A DNA stretch of 64,000 nucleotides from an uncultured Gemmataceae bacterium (GTDB taxonomy: Bacteria > Planctomycetota > Planctomycetia > Gemmatales > Gemmataceae). Below are positions 61,905-64,000 of the stretch, piece by piece (the stretch's first letter is position 1; the number at the start of each line of letters is the position of its first letter). The DNA lies in assembly GCA_963750165.1 (NCBI GenBank), contig CAVVPN010000003.1, positions 2,240,001 to 2,304,000 of the forward strand. The letters are read 5' to 3'. The notes under the pieces are model-generated. The model was not told where the DNA came from, made no database searches, and worked only from the letters and a program-made list of their open reading frames with translations. The translations under genes and the position numbers were made by a program.

Positions 61905-63380
61905 ATGGCCACGCCCCCGCACAAGAGCCTGCGCATCCTGTTCGCCGACGACGAGAAATCGCTGCAGGAGTTCATGCGCTCGGAGCTGCCGCGGCTGGGC
62001 CACGAGGTCACGGTCTGCCCCGACGGCAAGACGGCCGTCAAGACGCTCGACAAGTCCACCTACGACGCCGCCATCCTCGACCTGCGCATGCCCGGCCTGA
62101 CCGGCATTGAGGTGCTGGAGGAAATCAAGAAGGTGGCGCCGGACACGGAAGTCGTGCTCATGACCGGCCACGCCAGCATGGAGACGGCCATCGAGGCGGT
62201 GCGCCTCGGCGCCTTCGACTACATCACCAAGCCGTGCAAGCTCGGCGAGATTGAAGCGATCCTGCGCAAGATCGCGGAGAAGCGCGAGCTGAAGAACAAG
62301 AACCTGGCGTTACAGAGCCGGGTGCAGGCGGCCGAGGGGCCGACGGTGCTGGTCGGCGGCTCGCCGGCAATGGCGGCCGTGCATCGCTACATCGCCATGG
62401 TGGCGCCGAGCGAATCGACCGTGCTCATTCAGGGCGAAACCGGCACCGGCAAGGAGCTGGCGGCGCGCACCGTCTTTCAGCAGAGCAAGCGCGCGGACAT
62501 GCCGTTCGTGCCGGTCAACTGCGGCGCCCTGGCCGAGAACCTGGTTGAGAGCGAACTGTTCGGCCATGTGAAAGGGGCGTTCACCGGCGCCGACCGCGAC
62601 CACAAGGGCCTGTTCGAGGTCGCCAACGGCGGCACGCTGTTCCTGGACGAACTCGGCGAGCTGAACAAGAACATTCAGGTGAAACTGCTGCGTTTTCTGG
62701 AGTCGGGTGAGATTCGCCGGCTGGGCGACACGAAGCCGTTCCGCGTGGACGTACGCGTCATCTGCGCCACCAACCGCGACCTGCGGCAGATGATCCAGAA
62801 CGACGAGTTCCGCGAGGATCTGTACTTCCGCATCAACACGTTTGAGCTGCGCCTGCCGCCGTTGCGCGAGCGGCGCTCGGACATTCCGGACCTGGCGCGG
62901 CACCTGCTGGCGCGCATCGCCAAACGGCCGGTCGAACAGGTCGCGGACCTGCTTACGCCGGAGACGGTCGATGCGCTGCTGGAGTATCACTGGCAGGGCA
63001 ACGTCCGCGAGTTGGCGAACGCGATGGAGTACGCTTATCTGTTGTCGGGCGGTCAACACGTCCTGCCGGAGCATCTGCCGCACCAGGTCCGCCAGGCTGG
63101 CGGTCCCCCGGCGACGATCCCGATGAAGCCGCATCCATCGGCCGCCGCGGCGCCAGCCGCACCGCCCGCGGCAACGCCGGCCTATCCGCCGACGGTGCCG
63201 ATGCCGTCGTCGGCGTCGTCGGCCAAGACGCTCAAGGAAATCGAGATGGAGCACATCTTGCGGACGCTGGAGAAGCACAAGGGCAACAAGGTGGCGGCGG
63301 CGGGCGAACTCGGCATTGTGCTCAAGACGCTGTACAACAAACTCAACCAGTGGGAGGCGGAGCGCAAGAACGCGGGATAG
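61905..63380 (+). CDS. Sigma54-dependent response regulator (NtrC/AtoC family)
   Basis: Receiver (ADDE, LDLRMP), [40 protein letters not shown], Fis-type HTH. Confidence 0.95.
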   Translation: MATPPHKSLRILFADDEKSLQEFMRSELPRLGHEVTVCPDGKTAVKTLDKSTYDAAILDLRMPGLTGIEVLEEIKKVAPDTEVVLMTGHASMETAIEAVRLGAFDYITKPCKLGEIEAILRKIAEKRELKNKNLALQSRVQAAEGPTVLVGGSPAMAAVHRYIAMVAPSESTVLIQGETGTGKELAARTVFQQSKRADMPFVPVNCGALAENLVESELFGHVKGAFTGADRDHKGLFEVANGGTLFLDELGELNKNIQVKLLRFLESGEIRRLGDTKPFRVDVRVICATNRDLRQMIQNDEFREDLYFRINTFELRLPPLRERRSDIPDLARHLLARIAKRPVEQVADLLTPETVDALLEYHWQGNVRELANAMEYAYLLSGGQHVLPEHLPHQVRQAGGPPATIPMKPHPSAAAAPAAPPAATPAYPPTVPMPSSASSAKTLKEIEMEHILRTLEKHKGNKVAAAGELGIVLKTLYNKLNQWEAERKNAG

Positions 63381-63385
63381 TTCTT

Positions 63386-63461
63386 TGAGCCCCGAAGGGG
63401 CGGCAGCCAATAGCCAGGGCCGTCAGGCCCTGGCTATTGGCTGCCGCCCCTTCGGGGCTCA
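63386..63461. repeat. Perfect 36-bp-arm palindrome (AGCCCCGAAGGGGCG family) between convergent genes
   Basis: TGAGCCCCGAAGGGGCGGCAGCCAATAGCCAGGGCC-GTCA-reverse complement. Confidence 0.88.
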
Positions 63462-63471
63462 GAAATGACAG

Positions 63472-63846
63472 TCACGGGAAGTTCGTCAAGATGTGTTTCA
63501 CGAGCTGGCGATTGTACTCCTTCTGTCGCGGCGACACCGCGGCGTCGGTCACCGGCAGCGCCTGAATGGCGGCCTTCGCGCCGGCGGCCCGCGCCCCCAG
63601 ATGGTCGAGCGCGTTCAGCGCGGCCACCGAGACGTGCAGCCCGTGTTTGTCAATCGCCGCCAGGTTCACCAGCACCGGCAGCGCCTGCTTCAACTCCGCG
63701 TCGGTGCCGTAGCGCCCCAGCGCCTCCGCCGCGACGATCCGCACATACGGCGACTCATCCGCCAGCGCCTTGCCCAGCTCCATCTGTGCCGCCTTGAGCC
63801 CGTCCGTGCCGCGCATGAGTAGCCCCTGCGCCGCTCGAGCACACAT
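63472..63846 (-). pseudogene. HEAT-repeat fragment resembling the C-terminal tail of planctomycete sulfatases, without the N-terminal domain
   Basis: AAQGLLMRG, ALADESPYVRIVAAEALGRYG, ALNALDHLG; no convincing start. Confidence 0.5.
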
Positions 63847-64000
63847 TCCCGCGGAGCCCAGAAGACCTCGCGCACCGGCGCCGCCAATTCGGGCGCAACC
63901 GCGACATCGGCGTCCCCTCCGGCGACTTCAGGCTATACAGATAGTCCACGATGTCGATCAGTTCCTCCTCGGACAGGTAATTGATGAGGTTGTCCGGCAT
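63755..64000 (-). CDS. 3' end of a gene running off the window, resembling a PVC-type heme-binding protein C-terminus
   Basis: MPDNLINYLSEEELIDIVDYLYSLK matches the MPxxL...L.D.V.YL.SLK ending; the read-through tail looks atypical. Confidence 0.6.
   Translation of the reverse strand: MPDNLINYLSEEELIDIVDYLYSLKSPEGTPMSRLRPNWRRRCARSSGLRGNVCSSGAGATHARHGRAQGGTDGAGQGAGG

Overview
High-GC bacterial chromosomal segment. The gene content (DUF1549/DUF1553-DUF1501 pair, DUF1080, DUF2330, N-terminal zinc-ribbon membrane proteins, HEAT-repeat proteins, Hanks kinase) points to Planctomycetota, probably Gemmataceae-like (inference). Contents in order: PfkB sugar kinase, RND efflux operon (one adaptor, two permeases), HEAT-repeat protein, a cluster of exported low-complexity proteins with two DUF2330 paralogues, a kinase-pseudokinase-PilZ protein, a lower-GC TPR/PPC gene followed by a serpin, an M16 peptidase pair, leuS, an ECF sigma/anti-sigma locus, a metallophosphoesterase, a complete pstSCA-phoR-pstB-phoU-phoB cluster, tpx, a carbon-nitrogen hydrolase and a histidine kinase/sigma54 regulator pair. 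I saw no rRNA, tRNA, CRISPR array, transposase or integrase. About nine 1-2 nt frameshifts, mostly in G runs or GC dinucleotide runs, look like long-read assembly errors. Most notable: (i) a secreted Gln/His/Met-rich, Leu-heptad protein with a CxxCH motif whose promoter shares an exact motif with the ECF sigma gene; (ii) about 16 long palindromic micro-elements of many families, one inside a CDS, one supplying the pstS stop codon, one flanked by an 18-bp direct repeat; (iii) readable candidate PHO boxes, sigma54 promoters, ECF promoters and a TetR-like operator. All family assignments come from motif recognition by eye; no database search was run.
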